Assembly: GCA_039194325.1 (NCBI GenBank)
Contig: JBCCWC010000011.1
Location: 32,001-96,000 of the forward strand
Length of the DNA: 64,000 nt
Reading direction: 5' to 3'
DNA from: Myxococcota bacterium
GTDB lineage: Bacteria > Myxococcota_A > Polyangia > Nannocystales > Nannocystaceae
Position 1 is the first letter of the stretch, and every line of letters starts with the position of its first letter. Both the position numbers and the translations under genes were made by a program. This document shows positions 1 through 9,077 of the stretch, one piece after another. Under the pieces are notes generated by a model, which searched no databases, was not told the DNA's origin, and saw only the letters and a program-made list of their open reading frames with translations.

Positions 1-61
1 CGGCAGCAGGCGGAGCAGGTCGTCCGCGATCGATTCCCGGCGGCGGTGCGAGACAAGGTGC

Positions 62-1321
62 ATGTCTTCGGAGCCTGACGACCACGAGCCCCATCGCTGC
101 GACGTGCTGGTGCTGGGGGCCAGCTTCGCCGGGATCGAGGTCCTGTTGCAGCTTCAGCGCCGGTTGTCGCGGCCGCTGAAGATCGTGGTCGTGGACCGAC
201 AGCGGCGGCACGGCTACATCCCGCTGGTTCACGAGCGGCTATGCGGGCGCCTGCCGGGTCCGGAGTCCACGCTCGACACCGAGGCGTTCGTGCGCTCGCT
301 GCCGGGGGTCGATTTCTGGGCGGACGAGGTGGTGGCGTTCGCCCCCGAGGCCAAGGCGGCCACGCTGGGCTCGGGCCGGCGCGTGCGGGCGCGGTTCGTG
401 GTGGTGGCCTTGGGCTCGGTCCTCGGGCCACCCGCGGCGATCCCGGGGGCCGAGCACCTTGGGGGCTACAAGCTCCATGCGGACTATGAGCGGATGGCCG
501 AGCGCCTCCGCGCTGTCCTGAAGGCCGGTGCAGACGAAAACCCGCGGCTGGTGGTGGTGGGCGGGGGGATCTCCGGGGTGGAGCTTGCGGGCGAGCTAGC
601 CCACTTACGACGCGATCGCCCCGAAGGTTGGCAGAGCCCCGCGGTGACCCTGGTGTCGTCCAGTCCTGCGTTGCTGCCCGAGCTGTCGCCTGGGATCGGG
701 CGCAAGGCGGCGGCGATCCTGCAGGCACAGGGGGTCGAGCTTCGCCTGGGCACCCGGCTGTGCGAGGCGGACGCCGACATGGTGACGCTTCGCGAGGCCA
801 AGGGGGAGGGGGTGGGCGAGCGAACCGAGTCGCTGCGCTGCGCCATGGCCCTGTGGGCGGGCGGGGTGAAGCCGGCGCCGGTGCTCGAGCACCTGGGCCT
901 GCCGCGGACCGAGCAGGGGTGGCTGGCGGTCGGTCCCACCCTTCAGTGCTTTCCCGCCCGGGTGCCTCGGGATCTGGCCGCCGAGCCGCCCGAGATCTTC
1001 GCCTGTGGCGACGCGGTGCGGGTGGTCGGTGGCACCGGTCCCTGGCCCACCATGCAGCGTGCGATCGAGTGCCTGTGGCAGGCCAAGGTGGTGGCGCGCA
1101 ACCTGAGCACGCTGGCCGAGTGTGCGCCCGACTATCCCGAGGGCGTCCCCCCGCTCTACCCCCACCGTCTGCGCACGCGCTTTGCGTATGGGGTGAGCCT
1201 GGGGGGGCGCTCGCTGGTCGTGTACGGGCCCGCGCGAGTCGACGTGCCCGCGCTCAACGTGTGGTTTCGGCGCTGGTTGATGCGGCAGTACTTCGCCCGC
1301 TACGCTCCACGCTCCGAGTAG
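62..1321 (+). CDS. FAD-dependent pyridine nucleotide-disulfide oxidoreductase (type II NADH dehydrogenase-like)
   Basis: N-terminal VLVLGASFAG dinucleotide fold, second VVVGGGISGVELAGE motif, LWAGGV and IFACGD motifs typical of the NDH-2 family. Confidence 0.8.
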   Translation: MSSEPDDHEPHRCDVLVLGASFAGIEVLLQLQRRLSRPLKIVVVDRQRRHGYIPLVHERLCGRLPGPESTLDTEAFVRSLPGVDFWADEVVAFAPEAKAATLGSGRRVRARFVVVALGSVLGPPAAIPGAEHLGGYKLHADYERMAERLRAVLKAGADENPRLVVVGGGISGVELAGELAHLRRDRPEGWQSPAVTLVSSSPALLPELSPGIGRKAAAILQAQGVELRLGTRLCEADADMVTLREAKGEGVGERTESLRCAMALWAGGVKPAPVLEHLGLPRTEQGWLAVGPTLQCFPARVPRDLAAEPPEIFACGDAVRVVGGTGPWPTMQRAIECLWQAKVVARNLSTLAECAPDYPEGVPPLYPHRLRTRFAYGVSLGGRSLVVYGPARVDVPALNVWFRRWLMRQYFARYAPRSE

Positions 1322-1392
1322 GTTGCGGGAGTGGCCGGCGGCTCGAGGCGCATGAGCGCTGGGGCGACCGGGCAGGATCCGGGCGCGCTACC

Positions 1393-3537
1393 ATGCGTGC
1401 GATGTCCGACCGCGGAGGACAGCTTCGTGAGCTGGTGCAAGCGTTCTTGACCCGTGACCGTGCAGGGGAGTCCGATCCCGACTCGGGGATCGCTCGCGCT
1501 CTGCGGGAGGTCGACCAATGGCGGACCCGCATGCAGGCGGGGGGGCAGCTCGGTCGCCAACTCGTCGGTCGTGGTCCCGATCGAGTTACCGCGGTGGGTG
1601 AGCAGATCCACCTATTGCTCCCCGTCGATCGTTTGCGTCGGCTTCGCGCGGCTCGGTGGCGGGTGCAGGTGGGCGAGCAGGTGGTGATCGATCGCGCGTG
1701 GGAGCCCGAAGACGAGGGCATCGTGATCCATCGCCCGTCTGCGCCGGGGTGCTGGCCGATCCGCAGCGAGCTGTTCGATCGTCGGGGCGCGCGGCTCGAC
1801 GACCAGGCCGAGGCGTCACCGTGGCTCCAGGCGATCGATGCCCGGCCCACCTATGCGGTCGACGTGGATCTCGTGCGCGCTCGTCCCTCCGCGGCCCTCG
1901 CTCTGACCGCCCTGGACCAGCACGGCCACGCGCTGGTCTACCTCGACCTGGCGGCGGCCGATCGAAGGGTGGAGCTGCGCGCCCAGCTGGCGGAGCTCGG
2001 CGCGCCGCCGGCCGCGATCCTCTCGATTGCCGAGGAGCGGGCCGAGGTTCCCACGCTGGGCGTGGACTTTCGCGCCGTGTTCCTGACGGTCGCTCTTTGT
2101 CGCCTGCGAGGCGCTGGGGTTCGGCTGGTCGGTCTGGTCTCCGCGGCGCCGCTGGCCGCGACTGCGGCCAAGCGCGCGGGGGTCGAGCGCTTCGAGGAGC
2201 TCAACCCCGTGCGGCGAGCCTCCGCGGCCCATCGCGAGGCGATCGCTCGACAGCCGTGGTCTCGGACGTACGCCGGGCGGCTCGATCGTATGACGCGGAC
2301 GCGAGCGCGGAAGGGCAACGTGTGTGCGGTCGAGCTCGACAACCGCCGCGGACGCCAGCGCTTGTTCGCCGCGATCGAGCGGGCCCGTCGCACGGTGCAC
2401 TTGCAGTACTACATGGTGCGCGATGGGGTCTTTGGGGATCAGCTCGCGGCGCGGCTGGTCGGCGCGGCCCGTCGCGGGGTGGTGGTGCGGCTGTTGGTGG
2501 ATGCGCTCTATTCGGTCGACGGGGTGGCGGGGGCCACCAATGCCCTCGCGCGTGGCTTGATGGCCGAGCCGGGGATCCACGTGGTCTCGGCCGCGCCGAT
2601 AAGCTCCCCCGAAGATCTCGAGCCCCGCGTGCTCAAGCAGCGAGACCATCGCAAGGTGGTGGTGGTGGATGGCTCGGTCGCCTTCGTGGGGGGTCGCAAC
2701 GCCTGCGACGAGTACTACACCGGCTTCGACGAGGTCGCGATCACCGACTGGACTCCGCACGGCCGGATCCCCTGGCTCGACGCGCATGTCGAGATCCGGG
2801 GGCCGCTGGTGGGGACTATAGAGCGGGCGTTCCTCTCGCGGTGGATCTCCGCCGGAGGATCGCCCCCCGCGGGGGGTGTGGAAGGGGTCGTCGATCCTCC
2901 GGCCGCCGGCCCGTCACGAGCGCGCCTGGTGCTCCACGAGGGCGTCGACGATGCGGCGGCGATGCTCGCCTACGAGGCGCTAATCGACGGGGCCGAAGAC
3001 CACGTGTGGGTGGTCAACGACTTCCCGATCGTGCCCAGCTTGCAGCTGGCGTTGCGCCGAGCGCTGGGCCGCGGCGTGCGGGTGCGGGTGCTGACCGGCT
3101 CCGCCGTGCCCCGGCGGGCCGACGGCAGCTTCTTCGACGGCCCGCTGCACCGGGAAGCCTTCGAGTACATGACCAAGAAGACGCTCGAAGGGCTGATGCG
3201 GGCGGGGGCCGAGGTCTGGGAGTACGTGGCCCCCCCGCACCCTCTCATCGTGTGTCGAGGGGGTGCGGTGCGGCCGTATGTGCACGCCAAGATCGTCAGC
3301 GTCGACGGGCAGGCGGTGAGCGTGGGCTCGGCCAACCTCGACGCGACCGCCAGCTACTGGGAGCGGGAGGCGAACGTCGTCGTAGAGGATCCGCAGGTCA
3401 CGCGCGAGGTGGAGACCCAGCTGGCGAGGATCTGCGACCGGAGCCTGCGGGTGGATCCCCGCGGCGAGCAGTGGCAGCGTGAGGGACTGCTGCGCGATCT
3501 GGCCGCGCAATTGTGGCCCGAGGCGCTCTACTCCTGA
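1393..3537 (+). CDS. Phospholipase D family / cardiolipin synthase-like protein with a long N-terminal extension
   Basis: Two HKD motifs (DHRKVVVVDG..VGGRN; HAKIVSVDG..VGSAN), plus W-D-H and VRLLVDA motifs. Start taken at ATG 1393 (alternative 1402) rather than the ORF-track 628, which overlaps the upstream gene. Confidence 0.85.
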   Translation: MRAMSDRGGQLRELVQAFLTRDRAGESDPDSGIARALREVDQWRTRMQAGGQLGRQLVGRGPDRVTAVGEQIHLLLPVDRLRRLRAARWRVQVGEQVVIDRAWEPEDEGIVIHRPSAPGCWPIRSELFDRRGARLDDQAEASPWLQAIDARPTYAVDVDLVRARPSAALALTALDQHGHALVYLDLAAADRRVELRAQLAELGAPPAAILSIAEERAEVPTLGVDFRAVFLTVALCRLRGAGVRLVGLVSAAPLAATAAKRAGVERFEELNPVRRASAAHREAIARQPWSRTYAGRLDRMTRTRARKGNVCAVELDNRRGRQRLFAAIERARRTVHLQYYMVRDGVFGDQLAARLVGAARRGVVVRLLVDALYSVDGVAGATNALARGLMAEPGIHVVSAAPISSPEDLEPRVLKQRDHRKVVVVDGSVAFVGGRNACDEYYTGFDEVAITDWTPHGRIPWLDAHVEIRGPLVGTIERAFLSRWISAGGSPPAGGVEGVVDPPAAGPSRARLVLHEGVDDAAAMLAYEALIDGAEDHVWVVNDFPIVPSLQLALRRALGRGVRVRVLTGSAVPRRADGSFFDGPLHREAFEYMTKKTLEGLMRAGAEVWEYVAPPHPLIVCRGGAVRPYVHAKIVSVDGQAVSVGSANLDATASYWEREANVVVEDPQVTREVETQLARICDRSLRVDPRGEQWQREGLLRDLAAQLWPEALYS

Positions 3538-6500
3538 GTCGGTCGGGACGTGTCGGCCGGCAGACAGAGCATGAACGTCGTGCCCGTGCCCGCTTCCGTG
3601 TGCGCGTTGGGGGGGAGCAGCCGGAGATCTCCTTGCATGCTCCGCATGTAGTTGATGCTGCTGTGCAGGCCCAGGCCGCGGCCGTTCGTTTTGGTGGTGA
3701 ACCCGTGGCGGAAGATCCGGTCTCGCATCGCAGGGGGGATCCCGCAGCCGTGGTCGGTCATGCGCAGCCGCACGGTGTTGCGCTGCTGGTCGAGCGTGAG
3801 GGTCAGCTGCTTGTTGCTCACCCCCGCCATGGCTTCCTTGGCGTTCTTGAGCAGGTTGAGCAGCACGTGCATGAGCTTGGTCTTTTGCACCCGCACCGGG
3901 GCGACCGGCGCGTAGCGTCGCTCCACCCGCACGCCGTGCTTGGTCAGGGCATTGGCCTGGAGCACGAGCAGGTTGTCGAGCAGCTCGCGCAGATCCACGA
4001 CCTCCTCGACCAGAGCGGTCGAGCCCGCGTAGCTCTGCTGGACGTGGACCACGTCGCGGATGAGGGTGGTGCACTCGTGGAGCCGCTCGAGCTCCTGCCC
4101 CGCGGTGGTGCTTTGTTCGCGAAGCAAGGTCTCCAATTTGCGCAGGTACTGGGCCAGCATGGGTCCCCGGCCGTCGGGGGCGAACAGCTCGGGCAGGCGA
4201 TCGTGGTGTGCGTCGAGCAGCTGGTTGACCTGGGCCAGCTTGCTGAAGGACTTGCGGGCGTTGAGCCGACGCAGCTCGTCGACCGAGGTCAAGACGCTGT
4301 TGAGCACGTTGCCCACGTTGTGGACCGTCTCCGAGGCGACCTCGGCCATCCCCGCCTTGTGGGCCTCGTCGAGCAGCTCCTTTTGTGTGGCGCGTAGCTC
4401 CCGGGTGCGCTCCTCGACCCGGCGCTCCAGATCGGCGTTGAGGCGGCTGACGTTGGCGTAGAAGGCGGCGTTCTCCAGGGAGATCGCGATCTGCACGGCG
4501 ATTAGGCCGAGCAGCTCCACCCGCTGCGGGGTGAACACCCCGGGGTTGAGGTGGTTTTCCAGGTACAGCAGCGCGATCCGCTCTTCTTGTCGATGCACCG
4601 GGATGCACAAGATCGATCGCACCGCGCTTGCGCGGACGTAGTCTTGCTCGCGGTATCGCGGATCGGTGATCGCGTCGTCGACCTCCAGGTAGCGATCACC
4701 TTCGATCGTGTCGTCGACCACTGCGCGACACAGCACTCGGTCGTGCACCGCGGGATCCTCGGGGCGCGACACGACCAGCTGCTGCCCCTCGATTCGCCCC
4801 AGCGCGCGGACGTAGATCTCGTCGTGCTCGTCGCGCAGCAGCAAGACGCCTCGATCGGCCCCCGCGTTCTTGATGATCTCCATCATGATCTTCTCGACCA
4901 GGGAGTCTTCGACGATCTCGCTGGAGATGATCCGCGAGGTGGTCACGATGCTCATCAGGTCGAGCTGATCACCCAGCTGGGAGGTGCTGGTGGCCGAGGG
5001 CGATGTGGAGGTGCGGCGGGGCGGGAGCCGGTCGAGCCACCGCTCGTCGAGCTGGGCGAGCTTGCCCATCGCGCCCCACTCTTGGTACGCGTATCGGGCA
5101 TCTTCTAGGTAGATCTGGGCCATCCGCCGGCGGCCCCGTTGGTAGTAGAGCTGCGCGGCCAGCTCACCGGCAAGTCCCGCGATGGGGACGAAATCGTGGG
5201 TGCGGGCCGAGTCGATGGCCCGGTCGTAGAGCTCGAAGGCCTCGTAGTCACGACCCTCGACCCGCGCTCGCTCGGCCAGCAGCAGCAGGTGTCGGCCCTC
5301 GAAGTTGGCGGGGCCGCTTTGCGCCCATCGCCCCGCGCGTGCCATGCAGCGGTCGAGTACCGGTCGGTAGGTCGCGCGCTCGTCCTCGGACATGTCGGGG
5401 AAGGCGGCGAAGATCGCCAATGGGTAGTAGAGGCCATTTTGTGCGATCACCACCATGCCCGAGACCCCGGGCTCGTAGCGCAGGTACTGCTCGGCCGCCT
5501 CGATGGCCCCCCGGTAGTCGCCGTAGCAGTAGCGGAGCATCGACGTTGCGGCGTAGTAGTAGCCCATACCCATCGGGTTTTCGTGCTGCTGTCGCATCCA
5601 CGCCAGGTATTGCTCGGTGCAAAAACCCTCGGCGTCCAGCGACATCCGGTCGGGGGTCAGGCCGGCGAGGTTGGCGATGAGCTGCCGCTGCATCTGCACG
5701 ATCCGAAGGCACAGCTCGTAGCCCATCGGGGCGATCCAGGCGATGTCGTCGGTGATCTCCCGGTGCAGGCGGCCTAGCTCCACCCCTTGGGCGATCCGCA
5801 TCGCCGTGCGGGTCAGCACCATGAAGTTGGCGTGGACATAGTCGCCGGTCTCGCGCAGCTGGTGGTAGGCGGCGGTCCAGTAGGGCTCGCACGCCCGAAA
5901 GTGCTCGCACCAGTACTGCGCGAAGCAGGTGAAGAAGGTGGTCACCCGGCCCTGCATCGCGACGTTGCCCAGCCGCTCGTTGAGGGCCATGCCGAGCTGG
6001 CCGTACTCGTAGGCCTCCTCGTAGCGATCCATGTTGGTGATGCAAAACGCGTAGGTCACGTAGGCATAGCCCGCCGCCGGGGCATAGCCGTACTCCAGGC
6101 CGATGTTCAGCGCCATGGTGATGACGTTGATGAAGCCGTGCAGGCGACGGGGCCGGGTCTGGTAGGACGGCGGCGACAGGCCCAGCAGGATCTCCAGCGC
6201 AGCCTCCATGCGCGGGTCGTCGATGGGCGGGCCTTCGACCAGCTGGGCGATCGTGCGATCGCCCCGGAGCTCCCGGAACCGCTCGTCCTGGGCTTGCCAC
6301 TGGGCCTCGGTCGGATCGGTCTCGAACTCGATGCCCAGGGCGGCCAGAGCCTCACGACCTAGCACCAGCGCCTCGTCCATGCGGTTCTCGCTGACCAAGA
6401 TCGTCAGTTGCTTGGCCCGGATCCGGCCCTTGACGATCTCGTCGTCGCTTCGGTCGAGCAGGTCCTGGAACAGAGACTCGGCCCGACGAAAGTCGCCGCA

Positions 6501-8990
6501 CAAGAACGCGCACTCGGCCTGCTCCATCGCCAGCGACAGCGCCAGCGACAGCGACAGCGCCGATGCTGCGCCGTCCGAGGGATCACCCGACCCCGGGGCG
6601 GGGGACTCGTTGCCCAGCAGGGTCATCCCCGTGTCGGCGTATCGGGTCGCGGTTTGGTAGGCGGTGGCCCGCTTGGCCTTGAGGGCGGCCTGCAGGTTGA
6701 GGCGGGCCAGCGCGTGGCGCTCGTTGGGCTCGGTGATGAGCTCGGCTCCGATGTCGAGGTGATTGACCGTCTCGAAGGCCACCTCGTCACCCATGTCCCT
6801 CCACATCAGCCGGCCGATCTGTAAATGGAGGGGGCTACGCTCCTGGTCGGGGATCAGGGCGTAGGCCGCCTGCTGCACCCGGTCGTGCAAGAACCGGTAC
6901 TTGGCGTTCGCTCGGGTCGCGTCGAGTCGGGGGTCGGCGATGGCCTGGTCGAATTCTCGGCCCCGGGGGCTGAGTCCGATGAGCTCGTGCGCGCGGCCCA
7001 CCGGCAGCACCAGGCCGGCCTCCAGCGTGGGCCACAGTCGGGCGAGGGCTTCGCGGGTGGTCGTCTCACAGATCGTGGCCAGCGTGTTCAGCTCGAAGGT
7101 GTTGCCGATGCAGGCGGCTCGTCGCAGGACCTCTTGGGTCTGCGGATCCAGCGAGCGCAGGGTGCTCAGCAGCAGCTCCAGCACGTCGCGGGCCAGATGG
7201 ATCGCGTCGAGTCGCTCGCGGTGCCAGGTGAAGCGGCCGCGCTGGAGATCGAGCTCGATGACCCGTTGTTCGTAGAGCGCGGCCAGTAGCTGCCGCAAGA
7301 AGAAGGGGTTGCCCAGCGTACGATCGGAGAGGATCTGGGCCAGCGGGGCCACGTCGTCCGGCGAACGGGACAGCGTGTCGGCCAAGAGGGCCTGGATGTC
7401 GGCCAGCCGCAGCGGGCTGAGCCTCATCGTGTGGTAGGTGCTGCCGCCCTCGGTGATCTCGCCCAGGGTACGGCTCAGCGGGTGCGTCGCGTCGACCTCG
7501 TTATCGCGGTAGGCGCCCAGCAGCAGCAGGTACTGCGAGCGTGAGCCCGAGGCGATCCGGCGCAGTAGCCTCAGCGAGGCCGCATCGGCCCACTGCAGGT
7601 CGTCGATGAAGATCACCAGCGGGTGTTCGCGGCGAGCGAAGGTGGCGATGAGCTCGGCGAAGAGCCGATCGGAGCGGTTGGCCGATTCGGTCGGGCCCAG
7701 GGGCGGTACCGGGGGCTGGGGGCCGATGAGCTGCGTAAGCTCGGGGATCGCGTTGACCATCACCTGCCCGTGGCCGGCCATCGCGTCGCGTAGCCGCGTG
7801 GCCAGGCGGCTGGTGATCGTGGTGGATTGCTCGAGTACCTGGCGCACCAGGGCGCGCAGGCCGTGGATCAGCGCGGAGTAGGGGATGTCTTGACCGAGCT
7901 GGTCGTACTTGCCGGAGACGAAGTGGCCGCGGCGGGCCACGATCGGCTTGTGGAGCTCGTGGACCAGCGAGGTCTTGCCGATCCCCGAGTACCCGGCGAC
8001 CAGCATCAGCGAGGCGCGCCCCCGCCGGCAGACCAGCTCGAACTCGCTCAGCAGCCGCTCGACCTCGGGCTCCCGGCCGTAGAGTTTTTGCGAGATCTGT
8101 AGCCTATCGACCAGATCGTGCCGGGCCAGGGGAAAGGGATCGAGGTGACCGTCGCGTTGCCACCGCTCGTGGCACCGCTCCAGATCTCGGGCCAATCCGT
8201 AGGCGCTCTGGTAGCGATCCTCGGCGTTCTTCTCCATCAGCTTGAGCACGATGTCGCCCAGCACTGCCGGGATCCGTGGGTCGACGGCGCACACCGGCCG
8301 AGGCGCTCGGGCGATGTGGGCGTGGATCATCGCGATCGGCTCGTCGTAGTCGAAGGGCAGCACCCCGGTGAGCATTTGGTACAGGCACACCCCCAGGGAG
8401 TAGAGGTCGGTGCGGTGATCGACCGCGCGGTTCATCCGGCCGGTCTGTTCGGGGGACGAGTAGGACAGCGAGCCGGTCATGACGATCGGGCCGGCGGTGT
8501 CCGGATCTTCGCGGTGGAGCAGCGACGCCATGCCGAAGTCGGCGATCCGGATGTCGCCCGACTCGCGGTTGATGATGAAGTTGGCTGGCTTGAGATCCTT
8601 GTGGATGATCCCGTGCTGGTGGATCGCCGCCACCGCCCGGGCCAGCTGTTGCGCCTGGTCGAGGAACCGCTCGATGTTGAGCGGGGCCTCGGGGCTCGAC
8701 GAGCGCAGGTCTTCGGCCAGGGAGATCCCCCCGATGTCCTCGCACACCAGGACCGGCCGGCCCTCGTGCTTGAGGATCTCGTGGACGCGGATGATCCCGG
8801 GGATCTCGCGCTTGCCCACCACCTCGTACTCGTGCTTGAGGCGGTTGATCTCGGCGATCGTCGGGCCATCGCTGGCGGGCATCTTGAGGATGACCGACTC
8901 GCCGTGCCCGGCATGATGCGCCCGAACGACCAGGGTGCGGGCCGTATGATAGAGGACGCGGTCGGTGTGATACGGCGGAATCTCGATCAT
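3528..8990 (-). CDS. Multidomain sensor: Ser/Thr kinase - AAA ATPase - helical repeat region - GAF - histidine kinase
   Basis: HKDLKPAN, DFG, YSSPEQTGRMNR; Walker A GYSGIGKT; IDDLQWAD; GAF LYLEN; H-box ETVHNVGN; N-box NLLKNA; G-boxes DHGCG, FTTK, GRGLGL. Confidence 0.92.
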   Translation of the reverse strand: MIEIPPYHTDRVLYHTARTLVVRAHHAGHGESVILKMPASDGPTIAEINRLKHEYEVVGKREIPGIIRVHEILKHEGRPVLVCEDIGGISLAEDLRSSSPEAPLNIERFLDQAQQLARAVAAIHQHGIIHKDLKPANFIINRESGDIRIADFGMASLLHREDPDTAGPIVMTGSLSYSSPEQTGRMNRAVDHRTDLYSLGVCLYQMLTGVLPFDYDEPIAMIHAHIARAPRPVCAVDPRIPAVLGDIVLKLMEKNAEDRYQSAYGLARDLERCHERWQRDGHLDPFPLARHDLVDRLQISQKLYGREPEVERLLSEFELVCRRGRASLMLVAGYSGIGKTSLVHELHKPIVARRGHFVSGKYDQLGQDIPYSALIHGLRALVRQVLEQSTTITSRLATRLRDAMAGHGQVMVNAIPELTQLIGPQPPVPPLGPTESANRSDRLFAELIATFARREHPLVIFIDDLQWADAASLRLLRRIASGSRSQYLLLLGAYRDNEVDATHPLSRTLGEITEGGSTYHTMRLSPLRLADIQALLADTLSRSPDDVAPLAQILSDRTLGNPFFLRQLLAALYEQRVIELDLQRGRFTWHRERLDAIHLARDVLELLLSTLRSLDPQTQEVLRRAACIGNTFELNTLATICETTTREALARLWPTLEAGLVLPVGRAHELIGLSPRGREFDQAIADPRLDATRANAKYRFLHDRVQQAAYALIPDQERSPLHLQIGRLMWRDMGDEVAFETVNHLDIGAELITEPNERHALARLNLQAALKAKRATAYQTATRYADTGMTLLGNESPAPGSGDPSDGAASALSLSLALSLAMEQAECAFLCGDFRRAESLFQDLLDRSDDEIVKGRIRAKQLTILVSENRMDEALVLGREALAALGIEFETDPTEAQWQAQDERFRELRGDRTIAQLVEGPPIDDPRMEAALEILLGLSPPSYQTRPRRLHGFINVITMALNIGLEYGYAPAAGYAYVTYAFCITNMDRYEEAYEYGQLGMALNERLGNVAMQGRVTTFFTCFAQYWCEHFRACEPYWTAAYHQLRETGDYVHANFMVLTRTAMRIAQGVELGRLHREITDDIAWIAPMGYELCLRIVQMQRQLIANLAGLTPDRMSLDAEGFCTEQYLAWMRQQHENPMGMGYYYAATSMLRYCYGDYRGAIEAAEQYLRYEPGVSGMVVIAQNGLYYPLAIFAAFPDMSEDERATYRPVLDRCMARAGRWAQSGPANFEGRHLLLLAERARVEGRDYEAFELYDRAIDSARTHDFVPIAGLAGELAAQLYYQRGRRRMAQIYLEDARYAYQEWGAMGKLAQLDERWLDRLPPRRTSTSPSATSTSQLGDQLDLMSIVTTSRIISSEIVEDSLVEKIMMEIIKNAGADRGVLLLRDEHDEIYVRALGRIEGQQLVVSRPEDPAVHDRVLCRAVVDDTIEGDRYLEVDDAITDPRYREQDYVRASAVRSILCIPVHRQEERIALLYLENHLNPGVFTPQRVELLGLIAVQIAISLENAAFYANVSRLNADLERRVEERTRELRATQKELLDEAHKAGMAEVASETVHNVGNVLNSVLTSVDELRRLNARKSFSKLAQVNQLLDAHHDRLPELFAPDGRGPMLAQYLRKLETLLREQSTTAGQELERLHECTTLIRDVVHVQQSYAGSTALVEEVVDLRELLDNLLVLQANALTKHGVRVERRYAPVAPVRVQKTKLMHVLLNLLKNAKEAMAGVSNKQLTLTLDQQRNTVRLRMTDHGCGIPPAMRDRIFRHGFTTKTNGRGLGLHSSINYMRSMQGDLRLLPPNAHTEAGTGTTFMLCLPADTSRPTQE

Positions 8991-9023
8991 CTTGATCTCC
9001 CAGCGGGCACTCCGGCCCCAGCT

Positions 9024-9069
9024 CCTCCGGCCAGTGCCTCCGGCCAGTGCCTCCGGCCAGTGCCTCCGG
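9024..9069. repeat. 13-bp tandem repeat (cctccggccagtg) x3.5, intergenic
   Basis: Directly visible between the two co-directional kinase genes. Confidence 0.9.
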
Positions 9070-9077
9070 TATCGGGA

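Noticed and set aside
628..1392. N-terminal 255 aa of the 969-aa ORF
   Set aside because: Overlaps the NDH-2-like gene in another frame and is Arg/Gly/Ala-rich shadow sequence; the real start is near 1393
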